From Lachnospiraceae bacterium (GTDB taxonomy: Bacteria > Bacillota > Clostridia > Lachnospirales > Lachnospiraceae), in assembly GCA_024684215.1 (NCBI GenBank), contig JAIKXH010000161.1:7789-71788 (forward strand): a stretch of DNA of 64,000 nt. Direction: 5' to 3'. Shown here one piece after another: positions 43,692-53,239 of the stretch (position 1 is its first letter; each line of letters begins with the position of its first letter). The notes under the pieces were generated by a model. That model was given only the letters and a program-made list of their open reading frames with translations, was not told the DNA's origin and did not search any database. Position numbers and translations under genes: made by a program.

Positions 43692-44558
43692 TTATTCTGC
43701 TTTTCCAACAGATCCGAAAAGTTCCATCTTCTCCTTAACGGTATCGTGAATAGCCTGAGTTCCGGGAGCAAGAAGCTTACGAGGGTCAAATCCCTTTCCT
43801 TCAAGATCCTTTCCTTCCTCAACATACTTTCTGGTTGCTGCTGCAAATGAAAGCTGGCACTCAGTGTTAACGTTGATCTTTGAAACACCAAGGTCAATAG
43901 CCTTCTTGATCATATCAGCAGGGATACCGGTTCCGCCGTGAAGAACAAGAGGAAGCTCTCCGGTAAGTTTCTGAATAGCATCAAGAGTATCAAATGAAAG
44001 ACCCTGCCAGTTTGCGGGATACTTTCCGTGAATATTACCGATACCTGCTGCAAGGAAATCAACTCCGAGATCAGCGATCATCTTACACTCGTTGGGATCT
44101 GCGCACTCGCCCATTCCGATAACGCCATCTTCCTCTCCACCGATTGAACCAACCTCAGCTTCAATTGAAAGACCCTTTCTGTGAGCCGCCTTTACAAGCT
44201 CGGTAGTCTTCTGTACGTTCTCATCAATCGAATAGTGAGAACCGTCGAACATAATTGATGAAAATCCTGCTTCAATGCACTTATAGCAGTGCTCATAAGT
44301 ACCATGATCAAGGTGAAGAGCTACGGGAACGTCAATGTCAAGATCCTTTAAAAGACCATTAACCATTCCAACTACAACGTCGTAACCACCCATATACTTG
44401 CCGGCTCCTTCAGAAACACCGAGAATAACAGGGCTTCTGAGTTCCTTTGCTGTAAGGAGAATGGACTTGGTCCACTCGAGGTTGTTGATGTTGAACTGGC
44501 CTACTGCATAATGACCGGCTTTTGCTTTTTTGAGCATGTCTGTAGCTGATACTAACAT
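43692..44558 (-). CDS. fba: class II fructose-1,6-bisphosphate aldolase
   Basis: 288-aa ORF with VALHLDHG, LVLHGGTGIP and an overall FbaA-like sequence. Confidence 0.9.
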   Translation of the reverse strand: MLVSATDMLKKAKAGHYAVGQFNINNLEWTKSILLTAKELRSPVILGVSEGAGKYMGGYDVVVGMVNGLLKDLDIDVPVALHLDHGTYEHCYKCIEAGFSSIMFDGSHYSIDENVQKTTELVKAAHRKGLSIEAEVGSIGGEEDGVIGMGECADPNECKMIADLGVDFLAAGIGNIHGKYPANWQGLSFDTLDAIQKLTGELPLVLHGGTGIPADMIKKAIDLGVSKINVNTECQLSFAAATRKYVEEGKDLEGKGFDPRKLLAPGTQAIHDTVKEKMELFGSVGKAE

Positions 44559-44642
44559 TTTTTATACCTCCGCTTTTAAACATTTAAGTCCGCATAATGC
44601 GGATACAGTTTCAAATATGTGAAAATTATAACACACCTTTTT

Positions 44643-45554
44643 TTATTGGTAAATAACCTTAATATCAATAGCTTTAGGTAATGTCTTTATGTGTACTTTT
44701 TTGTGAGAACCTCCATCCTCGCCGTCAAGTGCCCAGCTCACAGGCTCATCGCTTTCTATGATAATATCATTTGTCCTAAAGCTGTACATAAGGTCATTGT
44801 CAAAATTTCTCTCAAGAAGAGAAACCAGTATCGTATTTAACTCGGGCGGAGTCTGAGGGTCTTTAATAAGAGTTACCTCAAATTCGCCGTCATCAAGTTC
44901 GACTCCGGGTCCCATGATTCCCTGAAATCCGCCGACCTGCTTGGAATTGGAAATCATGCCGTAAATAAACACGTCTTCTATGGTGTTTCCGTTAGCAGTG
45001 ACCTTAAGCTTATGCGCATGGGCATTTAAGAGTGCTTTTCCTCCGCTCAAAATATATGCGGTATGCCCCAAGGCGTTCTTGATCTGCTGATCTGTTGAAT
45101 ATGAAATTTCGCTGAAAAGACCAAAAGCGGCCACGTAGATAAAGTTCGTATCATTAAAGCTTCCCGCGTCGCAGGAAAAATCTTTACCCTTAACTATTAT
45201 CTCCGCAGCCTTTAACATATCTGACGGGATTGCCAAGCTGGCCGCAAAATCATTGGTGGAGCCGGCGGGAATGTATCCCAAAGGTGTCCTGTGGTCGCTG
45301 GAAAGCATACCGTTAACCACCTCATCAAGCGTTCCGTCTCCTCCGCTGCACACAACGACATCATATATATCAGAACGATTTTTAACAATCTCTGCCGCAT
45401 CGCCGTGCTTTTGTGTCGGCACTATGGTAATCTCATAACCGTTCGCTGTAAAAATATCCAAAATATCGGCAAGCTTATTTCTGATCATAGCTTTTCCGGC
45501 TTTCGGATTATACACGAACAGCATTTTTTTATTCTTTTTCATACTTGTACCCAA
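44643..45554 (-). CDS. diacylglycerol/lipid kinase family protein (DagK/YegS-like)
   Basis: 303-aa ORF with the catalytic-domain motif VVCSGGDGTLDEVVNG. The likely start is at MKKNKKMLFVYNP. Confidence 0.85.
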   Translation of the reverse strand: MGTSMKKNKKMLFVYNPKAGKAMIRNKLADILDIFTANGYEITIVPTQKHGDAAEIVKNRSDIYDVVVCSGGDGTLDEVVNGMLSSDHRTPLGYIPAGSTNDFAASLAIPSDMLKAAEIIVKGKDFSCDAGSFNDTNFIYVAAFGLFSEISYSTDQQIKNALGHTAYILSGGKALLNAHAHKLKVTANGNTIEDVFIYGMISNSKQVGGFQGIMGPGVELDDGEFEVTLIKDPQTPPELNTILVSLLERNFDNDLMYSFRTNDIIIESDEPVSWALDGEDGGSHKKVHIKTLPKAIDIKVIYQ

Positions 45555-45591
45555 ACTTCCGATAGTACCCCGCCCTCATAAACGGTTACTG

Positions 45592-45870
45592 TTATTTCTC
45601 CCCTGAAAGAAATTTGCAAACTCCGTCAAGAGCTGCGTCTTCATCCTCACCCTCTGCAGAAATAACAACTTCATCGCCCCCGGCCATTCCAAGGCTCATC
45701 ATCCCCATAATGCTCTTGGCATTTACCTTCTTTGTGCCGATCTCAAGATAAATCTTGCTCTCGAACTTTCCGGCCTCCTGAACAAGAAGCGCAATAGGTC
45801 TGGCCTCCTGACCGTTTTCCATGTTTACCTTAATCTTGCTTGTCTTCATAACCAATAAACATCCTTTCAT
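45592..45870 (-). CDS. HPr-family protein lacking the PTS histidine (Crh-like)
   Basis: 92-aa ORF (the start may be the internal MKTSKIKV). The Ser46 region KVNAKSIMGMMSLG is conserved, but the His15 context reads NGQEARP, with Glu in place of His. Confidence 0.8.
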   Translation of the reverse strand: MKGCLLVMKTSKIKVNMENGQEARPIALLVQEAGKFESKIYLEIGTKKVNAKSIMGMMSLGMAGGDEVVISAEGEDEDAALDGVCKFLSGEK

Positions 45871-45898
45871 AATCCCGCTAATGCGGATCTCCTCACGA

Positions 45899-46777
45899 CT
45901 ATGGCAAAAAGCCCCCTCTGAGCTTTTCAGCCATTTCTCCCAATCTCCTCAATCTATGATTCACTCCCGATTTGCCCACGGGAGGATCCAGATGCTCACC
46001 CAACTCTCCAAGAGCCGCCTCCGGAAACTCCAATCTGACGGAGGCCATTTCGGCTAAACTCGCAGGTAGCTTGTCGAGACCGTAGTGGTCTCTGATATAA
46101 ATAATATCCTCTATCTGTCTCGAAGATGCATTAACTGTTTTGCGAATATTTGACATCTCACAGTTAACACGCCTGTTAACGGTATTGTTTACTTCTTTAT
46201 ATATTCGGGCATTTTCCATCTCCATCAGCGAGCCCGGCGCCTCTATAACGCTCAAAAGCTCTACAATGGATTCGCCCTCTTTCAAATACACGACATAGCT
46301 CTTTCGGCGAGTCGTAATTTTTGTACTGATGCCAAAGCCTTTTATAACGGCTTGAATTTGCTTTGCTTTCTCATTGGTTGAACAAATAAATTCAAGATGG
46401 TAAGTCTTAGCCGGATCATTAACTGAGCCGGAGCCCAAAAATGCTCCGCGAAGAAAGCTCCTCTGACAACAGGAATTCTTTATTATAAGAGGATCCACTA
46501 TTTTTTCAGGATCTCCCATTTTTGTAAGAAATTCCATAAATGAAGGATTTTTTTCGTTAATTTCCCCAACTATATTAAATGTTTTTTTCAATAAAGTAAA
46601 GCCTTTTCTGACTACCTGATCACCTTGCGTAGCAAATCCGATGTGCACATTTCCGTCCGCATCAGTACCGATTTGCCCGCACGAATGAAACAATCCCGCC
46701 AGTTCAGCCATCTGACAGTGCCTTGCAGGAGGCATCTTTCTAAGCAATTCTTCCTTTACATCTCCCGAAAAGGACAT
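45899..46777 (-). CDS. whiA: DNA-binding protein WhiA
   Basis: 292-aa ORF starting MSFSGDVKEEL, with LAGLIDADG-like repeats (FLRGAFLGSGSV) and a C-terminal HTH (KSGVNHRLRRL). Confidence 0.9.
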   Translation of the reverse strand: MSFSGDVKEELLRKMPPARHCQMAELAGLFHSCGQIGTDADGNVHIGFATQGDQVVRKGFTLLKKTFNIVGEINEKNPSFMEFLTKMGDPEKIVDPLIIKNSCCQRSFLRGAFLGSGSVNDPAKTYHLEFICSTNEKAKQIQAVIKGFGISTKITTRRKSYVVYLKEGESIVELLSVIEAPGSLMEMENARIYKEVNNTVNRRVNCEMSNIRKTVNASSRQIEDIIYIRDHYGLDKLPASLAEMASVRLEFPEAALGELGEHLDPPVGKSGVNHRLRRLGEMAEKLRGGFLP

Positions 46778-46790
46778 ATTTCATCACCTG

Positions 46791-47657
46791 TTATTTTCCG
46801 GCTACGGCAACATCCCTATGATACAGTTTTAAACCACATCCACCCTGCGCCTCAAGTCTGTCATAAAGCTGCTGTGCCAATGTAACACTTCTGTGTTTTC
46901 CTCCGGTGCAGCCTACGGCTACAACAAGAGAATACTTTCCTTCCTTAATATAGTTTGGAATAAGAAATGTCAAAAGATCCACTATCTTATCGACAAATTC
47001 CCCCGCTTCCTGAAACTGCATAACATAATCCCTTACTTCTTTATCAAGTCCGGTCTTAGTTTTCAGTTCATCTATATAAAAAGGATTAGGTAAAAATCTG
47101 ACATCAAAAACAAGGTCCGCATCAACCGGAATTCCATGCTTAAATCCAAAGCTCATTATTGATACCATCAAATTATTATACGCTTTGTCTTTTACAAAAA
47201 TCTCATCAAGCTGTGCCTTTAATTCTCTGGTGAGAAGATTGGTGGTATCAATTACATAAGTAGCCTGAGATTTGATCTTTTCAAGCATCTTAATCTCTTT
47301 TTTGACACCGTCCTCAACCCTTCCTTCGGGTGAAAGCGGATGCATACGTCTGGTCTCTTTGTATCTTTTTATAAGAGTTTTCTCCGAGGCATCCAGATAG
47401 AGAATATCTGCATTGATATTCATTTCCTTTAATCTCTCGATTACCCTCGGCAAATCCATAAATGACTGACCGCTTCTGACATCAAGTCCCAAAGCCACCT
47501 TTGTAAGTTCACCACCGGGCTGTGTAATAAGCTCGGCAAATTTCTCCAAAAGTGAAACAGGCATATTGTCAACGCAATAAAAGCCCATATCTTCAAGCAT
47601 TTTAAGCGTGGTACTCTTACCGCCGCCACTCATTCCGGTAACTACTACAAATCTCAT
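46791..47657 (-). CDS. rapZ: RapZ/YvcJ-family P-loop nucleotide-binding protein
   Basis: 288-aa ORF with P-loop VVTGMSGGGKST and the C-terminal motif GCTGGKHRSV. Confidence 0.9.
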   Translation of the reverse strand: MRFVVVTGMSGGGKSTTLKMLEDMGFYCVDNMPVSLLEKFAELITQPGGELTKVALGLDVRSGQSFMDLPRVIERLKEMNINADILYLDASEKTLIKRYKETRRMHPLSPEGRVEDGVKKEIKMLEKIKSQATYVIDTTNLLTRELKAQLDEIFVKDKAYNNLMVSIMSFGFKHGIPVDADLVFDVRFLPNPFYIDELKTKTGLDKEVRDYVMQFQEAGEFVDKIVDLLTFLIPNYIKEGKYSLVVAVGCTGGKHRSVTLAQQLYDRLEAQGGCGLKLYHRDVAVAGK

Positions 47658-48562
47658 CGCACTATCTCGATTTCCGGCTCGAGTCTGATACCCGATACCT
47701 CAAACACCCTTTTTTGCACTTCCTCTATCAGAGTGACCACATCCTTTGAAGTGGCCCCACCCGCATTAACCACAAATCCGCAATGCTTTTCGGAAACCCC
47801 GGCTCCTCCTACGGTAAATCCCGAAAGTCCCGCTTCCATAATTAGTTTACCGGCAAAATTTCCTTCCGGTCTTTTGAATGTACTTCCGGCACTCGGCATA
47901 TCCAATGGTTGTTTCTCCCGACGCCTTTTGTTGAAATCGTCCATCTTTGCCTTGATTTCTTCCTGCTTACCGGGCTTTAACTCAAAGATGACCTCAAGTA
48001 CCACGTAATCCGAATGTCTGAACACGCTGCTCCTGTATCCGAGCTTTAATTCATCCCCTTCAAGAACGACCGTCTCACCCGAGGGCGATAAAGCTTTTAC
48101 AGCCTTTGTAACAAACTTCATCTCTCCGTCGTAGGCCCCTGCGTTCATAACTATCCCGCCGCCTACGGTTCCGGGTATTCCCGAAGCAAATTCCAGACCG
48201 GTAAGAGAATTTTTATATGCCGCTCCGGCTACAGAAACCAAAATGGCTCCGGCCTTTGCACGAATAATATTTCCCTCAACAACCACATCCGAAAAGTTTT
48301 TCCCTATATGAAGGACCACTCCGTTAAATCCTTCATCAGAAAACAAAGTATTGCTTCCGTTACCTAATATAAAATAGGGAATCTTTTCCTTTTTGAGAAA
48401 TCCTGACACCTCTGTCAGTTCTCTTTCACTGCCTATATCTACAAGGCATTTTGCAGGTCCTCCGATCTTAAAGGTGGTATACCTGCTTAGGGGTTCCGAA
48501 AGCTTAACACTCTCAGGCGAAGTATATTCGATTATTCTATCTATTACTTCTTTGCTGATCAT
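47654..48562 (-). CDS. murB: UDP-N-acetylenolpyruvoylglucosamine reductase
   Basis: 302-aa ORF with FAD-binding PCMH-type N-terminal features (TFKIGGPA) and the C-terminal MurB motif (GSTFKRP..AGKLIE). Confidence 0.9.
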   Translation of the reverse strand: MISKEVIDRIIEYTSPESVKLSEPLSRYTTFKIGGPAKCLVDIGSERELTEVSGFLKKEKIPYFILGNGSNTLFSDEGFNGVVLHIGKNFSDVVVEGNIIRAKAGAILVSVAGAAYKNSLTGLEFASGIPGTVGGGIVMNAGAYDGEMKFVTKAVKALSPSGETVVLEGDELKLGYRSSVFRHSDYVVLEVIFELKPGKQEEIKAKMDDFNKRRREKQPLDMPSAGSTFKRPEGNFAGKLIMEAGLSGFTVGGAGVSEKHCGFVVNAGGATSKDVVTLIEEVQKRVFEVSGIRLEPEIEIVR

Positions 48563-48570
48563 AGACCGCC

Positions 48571-49512
48571 TCAGTTGTTTATTATCATACCTGCCGCCCC
48601 GACAATACCGGCATCATTACCAAGCTCTGCCATAGCAAATTTGGCTCCTCTGCATGGAGGGAATGCATACTTTAAAAAGCTGGGCTCGATATATTTTATA
48701 AGAATATCTCCCGCTTTGGATACACCGCCGCCGATAACAAATACTTGGGGATTAACCACATTTGCCACCGCAGCAAGCCCTTTTCCGCAATAATATCCGA
48801 ATTTTTCAGCCACTTCTATAGCAAGCTTATCTCCCGCTTTAACGGCATCAAATACTGTTTTAGCTGAAACCTCGCCATCTCTTAATACGCTGGGCATATC
48901 ATCCCCCGCAAGTCTTCTCTTTGCAAGTCTGACAATTCCTGTTGCGGACGCATACTGTTCAAGGCATCCGTGGCCTCCACAACCGCATGTATCCGGCTCA
49001 TCGTCCTCCAAATGAATGTGTCCGATCTCTCCTCCTGCACCTGTTGCGCCGGCAAGAATTTTTCCGTTTACAATGATTCCGCCGCCGACACCGGTTCCAA
49101 GGGTAACTGCAACCATGTCACTGTGACCTCTTCCGCCGCCCTGCCACATTTCGCCGAATGCAGCTACATTTGCATCGTTTGCTGCCTTTACGGTAATGCC
49201 TCCGAGCTCTTTTTCAAAAGCCTCTCTTAAGTTAAAAGGCTCCCATCCGAGGTTAACCGCACCGCCGCACATAAATCCGTTTTCATCAACAGCTCCGGGA
49301 GCTCCTACTCCGAGTCCTAATACGTCACTCATTGATATTCCATGCTCGGAAAGCTTGGATTTTACACTGTTTGATACATCTGTAATGATCTGTTTTCCGG
49401 CATTTGTCTTTACAGTGGGAATCTCCCATTTATCCAAAATTTTAGAATTTTCTTCAAATATTCCTATTTTAACGGTAGTTCCGCCTATATCTACACCAAC
49501 CGCGTACTTCAT
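48571..49512 (-). CDS. glcK: ROK-family glucokinase
   Basis: 313-aa ORF with VDIGGTTVK and the ROK zinc motif GHIHL..CGCGGHGCLEQYAS. Confidence 0.85.
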   Translation of the reverse strand: MKYAVGVDIGGTTVKIGIFEENSKILDKWEIPTVKTNAGKQIITDVSNSVKSKLSEHGISMSDVLGLGVGAPGAVDENGFMCGGAVNLGWEPFNLREAFEKELGGITVKAANDANVAAFGEMWQGGGRGHSDMVAVTLGTGVGGGIIVNGKILAGATGAGGEIGHIHLEDDEPDTCGCGGHGCLEQYASATGIVRLAKRRLAGDDMPSVLRDGEVSAKTVFDAVKAGDKLAIEVAEKFGYYCGKGLAAVANVVNPQVFVIGGGVSKAGDILIKYIEPSFLKYAFPPCRGAKFAMAELGNDAGIVGAAGMIINN

Positions 49513-50459
49513 TGCTCCTCTTCCTCCTCTTCACCGCGCTTTGCAAGATTTTCCTGAAATCTCTTATATAATTCCTCAGCGGCATTATAACCCATTTTCT
49601 TCTGTCTGAAGTTAACTGCCGCAGATTCACAAATAACTGCAAGGTTACGTCCGGGTCTGATCGGAATATTGTGGCTTGCCACCTTTACACCGAGATATTC
49701 TGTATAATTATCCTCAAGTCCCAGTCTGTCGTAATCCTTATCCTTGTCCCAGTCCTCGAGATGAATTACAAGGTCTATCTGCTGGTCATCCTTAACGCTG
49801 GACGCACCGTAGAGAGCTTTAACATCCACTATTCCGATACCTCTGAGTTCAATAAGGTGCTTGGTAATATCGGGAGCGGTTCCCATCAATATATCATCAC
49901 TGATTTTTCTAAGTTCAACAGCGTCATCCGAAACAAGTCTGTGACCACGCTTTATAAGTTCAAGCGCCGCCTCGGATTTACCGATTCCGCTCTCACCGGT
50001 AATAAGAACTCCCTGGCCGTATACATCGATAAGCACTCCGTGCACAGTCATCATGGGAGCAAGCTGTTCATTAAGCCATCTGATGATTTCAGCCGTAAAT
50101 GCACTTGTAGCCTCACTGGTAATGAAAACAGGACGACCCTTTTCTCTCGCCACTTCAAGGAATATATCATTCGGCTTTAAATTTCTGCAAAAAACTATTG
50201 CGGGTATAGGATATTCCATTAGCTTTTCAAATGCTTCCCTCTGCTTTTCCGGAGTGAGTGCATTTTCCATATATGAATACTCTACGTAACCGATTATCTG
50301 AATACGTGCAGCGTCAAAGTACTCATAGTATCCTGCGATCTGAAGCGCAGGTCTGTTAATGTCAGGTTCGTGAATCCTGAATTTTTCAATATCAATCTCG
50401 GGAGTGAGATTTTCAAGCTTCATTTTTTCAACTACTTTTGTAAGTTTTACAGTCGCCAT
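49509..50459 (-). CDS. hprK: HPr kinase/phosphorylase
   Basis: 316-aa ORF with P-loop GESGIGKSE and LIKRGHRLVSDD. Confidence 0.95.
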   Translation of the reverse strand: MATVKLTKVVEKMKLENLTPEIDIEKFRIHEPDINRPALQIAGYYEYFDAARIQIIGYVEYSYMENALTPEKQREAFEKLMEYPIPAIVFCRNLKPNDIFLEVAREKGRPVFITSEATSAFTAEIIRWLNEQLAPMMTVHGVLIDVYGQGVLITGESGIGKSEAALELIKRGHRLVSDDAVELRKISDDILMGTAPDITKHLIELRGIGIVDVKALYGASSVKDDQQIDLVIHLEDWDKDKDYDRLGLEDNYTEYLGVKVASHNIPIRPGRNLAVICESAAVNFRQKKMGYNAAEELYKRFQENLAKRGEEEEEEQ

Positions 50460-50551
50460 TTTTATACCCCATACCTTTCATCAGTATCTTTTTAATTTTA
50501 TCATATTATCTATGCAAAATCATTACTTTGAAGCTAAATGAATACTTTAGA

Positions 50552-52417
50552 TTATTGTCTGTTTTTAAAAAACTCAACCACCGCTTCGGCAGATGCTTCG
50601 TTAAACTCGGGAATTTTCTTTATATCTTCGCTGCTTGCCTTTGCTATGTCCGAAAGATTTGAAAAATACCTCATAAGAGCTTTTCTTCTTGCGGGTCCGA
50701 CGCCCGGGATATCATCAAGTATTGATTTTACCTGGGTTTTGCTCCTTAGAGATTTATGATACTCAATAGCAAATCTGTGAGCCTCGTCCTGTATCCTGGT
50801 AACTAACTTAAAACCTTCCGAGTGAATATCTATCGGCAGTTCCACATTGTTAAAATAGATACCTCTTGTTCTGTGGTAATCATCCTTCACCATACCGGCC
50901 ACAGGCACGTTAAGTCCCAATTCGCTTAAAACCTCAAGCGCTATATTAACCTGCCCCCTTCCTCCGTCCATAAGAAGTAAGTCCGGGAATTTGGAAAAGC
51001 TTCCGTACTCCGCGCCAAGATTATTTTTTGACAGTTCGGCATTTTCCTCCATTCCGTGGGTAAAACGCCTGGTAAGAGCCTCTCGCATACAAGCATAGTC
51101 GTCCGGACCGGCTACTGTTTTTATCCTAAACTTTCTGTAATCGCTCTTTTTGGGTTTACCTTTCTCAAATACAACCATGGAAGCTACATTTTCAAATCCG
51201 TTGGTGTTTGATATATCAAAGGCTTCCATTCTGTCCGCATTTGAAAGTCCCAAAAGTTCTTTTATCTCCTTGACCGCCCCTATGGTTCTTCCCTCTTCGC
51301 GTTTTAGCTTTTCGCGGTCCTGTGTTAATATTATCTCCGCATTATGCGCAGCCAGCTCCACAAGTTTTTCTTTGCTTCCGGCCTTTGGAACCTTTATATA
51401 TACCCTTGCTCCTCTGCGCTCGGTGAGCCACTTTTCTATCAGTTCCGAATCCTCGATTTCATATTGGAGCATAAGCTCTTTCGGAAGAAAGGGTGTGCCC
51501 GCGTAAAACTGCTTTACAAACTCCTGTAAAATACCGGCCTCAGAGTCTTCCGACACATGCGTCATATAATAATGTTCTCTTCCGATAAGCTTTCCGTCCC
51601 TAACAAAAAAGACCTGAACCACAACGTCTTCTTTGTCTTTATGCATAGCGATAACATCCTTATCATCGCCCTCATTGTCTGTTATCTTTTGCTTTTGTGC
51701 TACCGATTTTACGCTGGCATGTAAATCTCTGTATCTGGCGGCATCCTCAAATTTAAGTTCTTCTGCCGCCTTCGCCATTTTTTCTTCCAGATCTTTTAAT
51801 ACGGGCTTATAATTACCGTTCAAAAATTCTAAGGCTCCCGCCACCTGACCTGCATATTCTTCTTTTGAAACATATCCCTGACAAGGCGCTGTGCACTGCC
51901 CTATATGATAATTAAGGCACGGCCTCTCTAAGCCGATATCTCTGGGCAAAGTTCTGTTACAGGTTCTAAGCATATATATTTTGTTTAAAAGCTCGATAGT
52001 ATCTTTTACCGCTCCCGCAGAACTGTATGGGCCAAAATATTTTGACTTATCCTTTTTCATTGTCCTCGAGAACATAACACGGGGAAAATCCTCACCCAGC
52101 GTAACCTTTATGTATGGATATGTCTTATCGTCTTTTAGAAGCGTATTGTACTTGGGAGAATGCTCTTTTATAAGATTGTTCTCCAGCACAAGCGCCTCTA
52201 ATTCAGAGTCGGTTACTATATATTCAAAATGATCTATCAGTGCAATCATTTGATCGATCGCAGGACCCCGCCCCACATTTTTTCTGAAATATGACCGAAC
52301 TCTGTTGTGAAGATTGACGGCTTTTCCCACGTAAAGAACGCCTCCGGCTGCGTCTCTCATAATATAAACGCCGGGGCTGTTCGGAAGTTTTTTTAATTCC
52401 TCCTGAATATCGAACAT
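50552..52417 (-). CDS. uvrC: excinuclease ABC subunit C
   Basis: 621-aa ORF with the GIY-YIG N-terminus ([14 protein letters not shown]), a UVR domain and a C-terminal HhH2 ([13 protein letters not shown]). Confidence 0.95.
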   Translation of the reverse strand: MFDIQEELKKLPNSPGVYIMRDAAGGVLYVGKAVNLHNRVRSYFRKNVGRGPAIDQMIALIDHFEYIVTDSELEALVLENNLIKEHSPKYNTLLKDDKTYPYIKVTLGEDFPRVMFSRTMKKDKSKYFGPYSSAGAVKDTIELLNKIYMLRTCNRTLPRDIGLERPCLNYHIGQCTAPCQGYVSKEEYAGQVAGALEFLNGNYKPVLKDLEEKMAKAAEELKFEDAARYRDLHASVKSVAQKQKITDNEGDDKDVIAMHKDKEDVVVQVFFVRDGKLIGREHYYMTHVSEDSEAGILQEFVKQFYAGTPFLPKELMLQYEIEDSELIEKWLTERRGARVYIKVPKAGSKEKLVELAAHNAEIILTQDREKLKREEGRTIGAVKEIKELLGLSNADRMEAFDISNTNGFENVASMVVFEKGKPKKSDYRKFRIKTVAGPDDYACMREALTRRFTHGMEENAELSKNNLGAEYGSFSKFPDLLLMDGGRGQVNIALEVLSELGLNVPVAGMVKDDYHRTRGIYFNNVELPIDIHSEGFKLVTRIQDEAHRFAIEYHKSLRSKTQVKSILDDIPGVGPARRKALMRYFSNLSDIAKASSEDIKKIPEFNEASAEAVVEFFKNRQ

Positions 52418-52419
52418 GG

Positions 52420-52459
52420 GTCTATCCTTTCCGCCTCTTGTCTATCCTTTCCGTCTCTT
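52420..52459. repeat. tandem 20-bp duplication covering the uvrC ribosome-binding region
   Basis: gtctatcctttccgcctctt / gtctatcctttccgtctctt (one mismatch), starting 3 nt upstream of the uvrC ATG. On the minus strand each copy contains GGAAAGGA. Confidence 0.85.
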
Positions 52460-52462
52460 TAT

Positions 52463-52491
52463 TTGACAGAATTTTTCAAATACAATATAAT
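52463..52491 (+). promoter_or_regulatory. consensus sigma-A promoter for trmB (TTGACA-17-TATAAT)
   Basis: TTGACA at 52463-52468, a 17-nt spacer and TATAAT at 52486-52491. The RBS AAGGAG at 52521-52526 precedes ATG 52533. Confidence 0.65.
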
Positions 52492-52532
52492 GCGTTTTGC
52501 TGTTTTGTTTCTTTAATTTTAAGGAGTATATT

Positions 52533-53183
52533 ATGCGCTTACGCAATATCACGGGCTGCCAGGAAATGATAGCTGACAGCAAATACGTTGTTAACGAAGA
52601 CGAGCTCTTTTCCATGGCCGGCAAATGGCATGAATTTTTCGGAAACGATGCTCCGATCAGAATCGAAATAGGGATGGGAAAAGGCAGGTTTATAAACGAT
52701 CTTGCCACTCTTAATCCCAATATCAATTACATCGGTATCGAAAAGTACTCTGCGGTCCTTCTCCGTGCTGTCCAAAAAATGGAAAACGAAGAAAAGCCCA
52801 ATCTGGTTTTTGTCCGCATGGATGCAGAGGATATAGAAAAAGTCTTCGCAAAGGGAGAGGTCGATAGGATCTATCTCAATTTCTCCGATCCCTGGCCAAA
52901 GGACAGGCATGCCAAAAGGCGTCTTCCCTCAAGACAATTTCTTGCCCGCTACGATAAGATTTTAAAAGATGATGGTCTTATCGAATTTAAAACCGACAAC
53001 CGCGAACTGTTTGATTTTGCGGTAGAAGAGCTTCCTGAAGCCGGATGGACTGCGGATTACATCACTTACGACCTTCATAACGACGAAAAACTTATGGAAG
53101 GAAATGTGATGACTGAGTACGAGGAAAAGTTCTCCTCAATGGGAAATCCTATCTATAAATACTGCATCAAAAGATCCAAATAA
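52533..53183 (+). CDS. trmB: tRNA (guanine46-N7)-methyltransferase
   Basis: The ORF is open from 52497, but ATG 52533 has the RBS. Motifs are IEIGMGKGRF and LNFSDPWPKDRHAKRR. Confidence 0.9.
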   Translation: MRLRNITGCQEMIADSKYVVNEDELFSMAGKWHEFFGNDAPIRIEIGMGKGRFINDLATLNPNINYIGIEKYSAVLLRAVQKMENEEKPNLVFVRMDAEDIEKVFAKGEVDRIYLNFSDPWPKDRHAKRRLPSRQFLARYDKILKDDGLIEFKTDNRELFDFAVEELPEAGWTADYITYDLHNDEKLMEGNVMTEYEEKFSSMGNPIYKYCIKRSK

Positions 53184-53239
53184 ATATCCGTATGTTATTT
53201 CATACGCCTCGAGCCTGTTAACCAATGGTGCTCGGGGCT

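Noticed and set aside
43640-43897. 85-aa minus-strand ORF overlapping the fba 3' end
   Set aside because: It is an alternative frame of fba that runs through the fba terminator hairpin, and its translation has no coding-like features.
52442-52726. 94-aa minus-strand ORF spanning the uvrC-trmB intergenic region
   Set aside because: It overlaps the trmB promoter, RBS and 5' coding region in antisense, and no motif or RBS is present.
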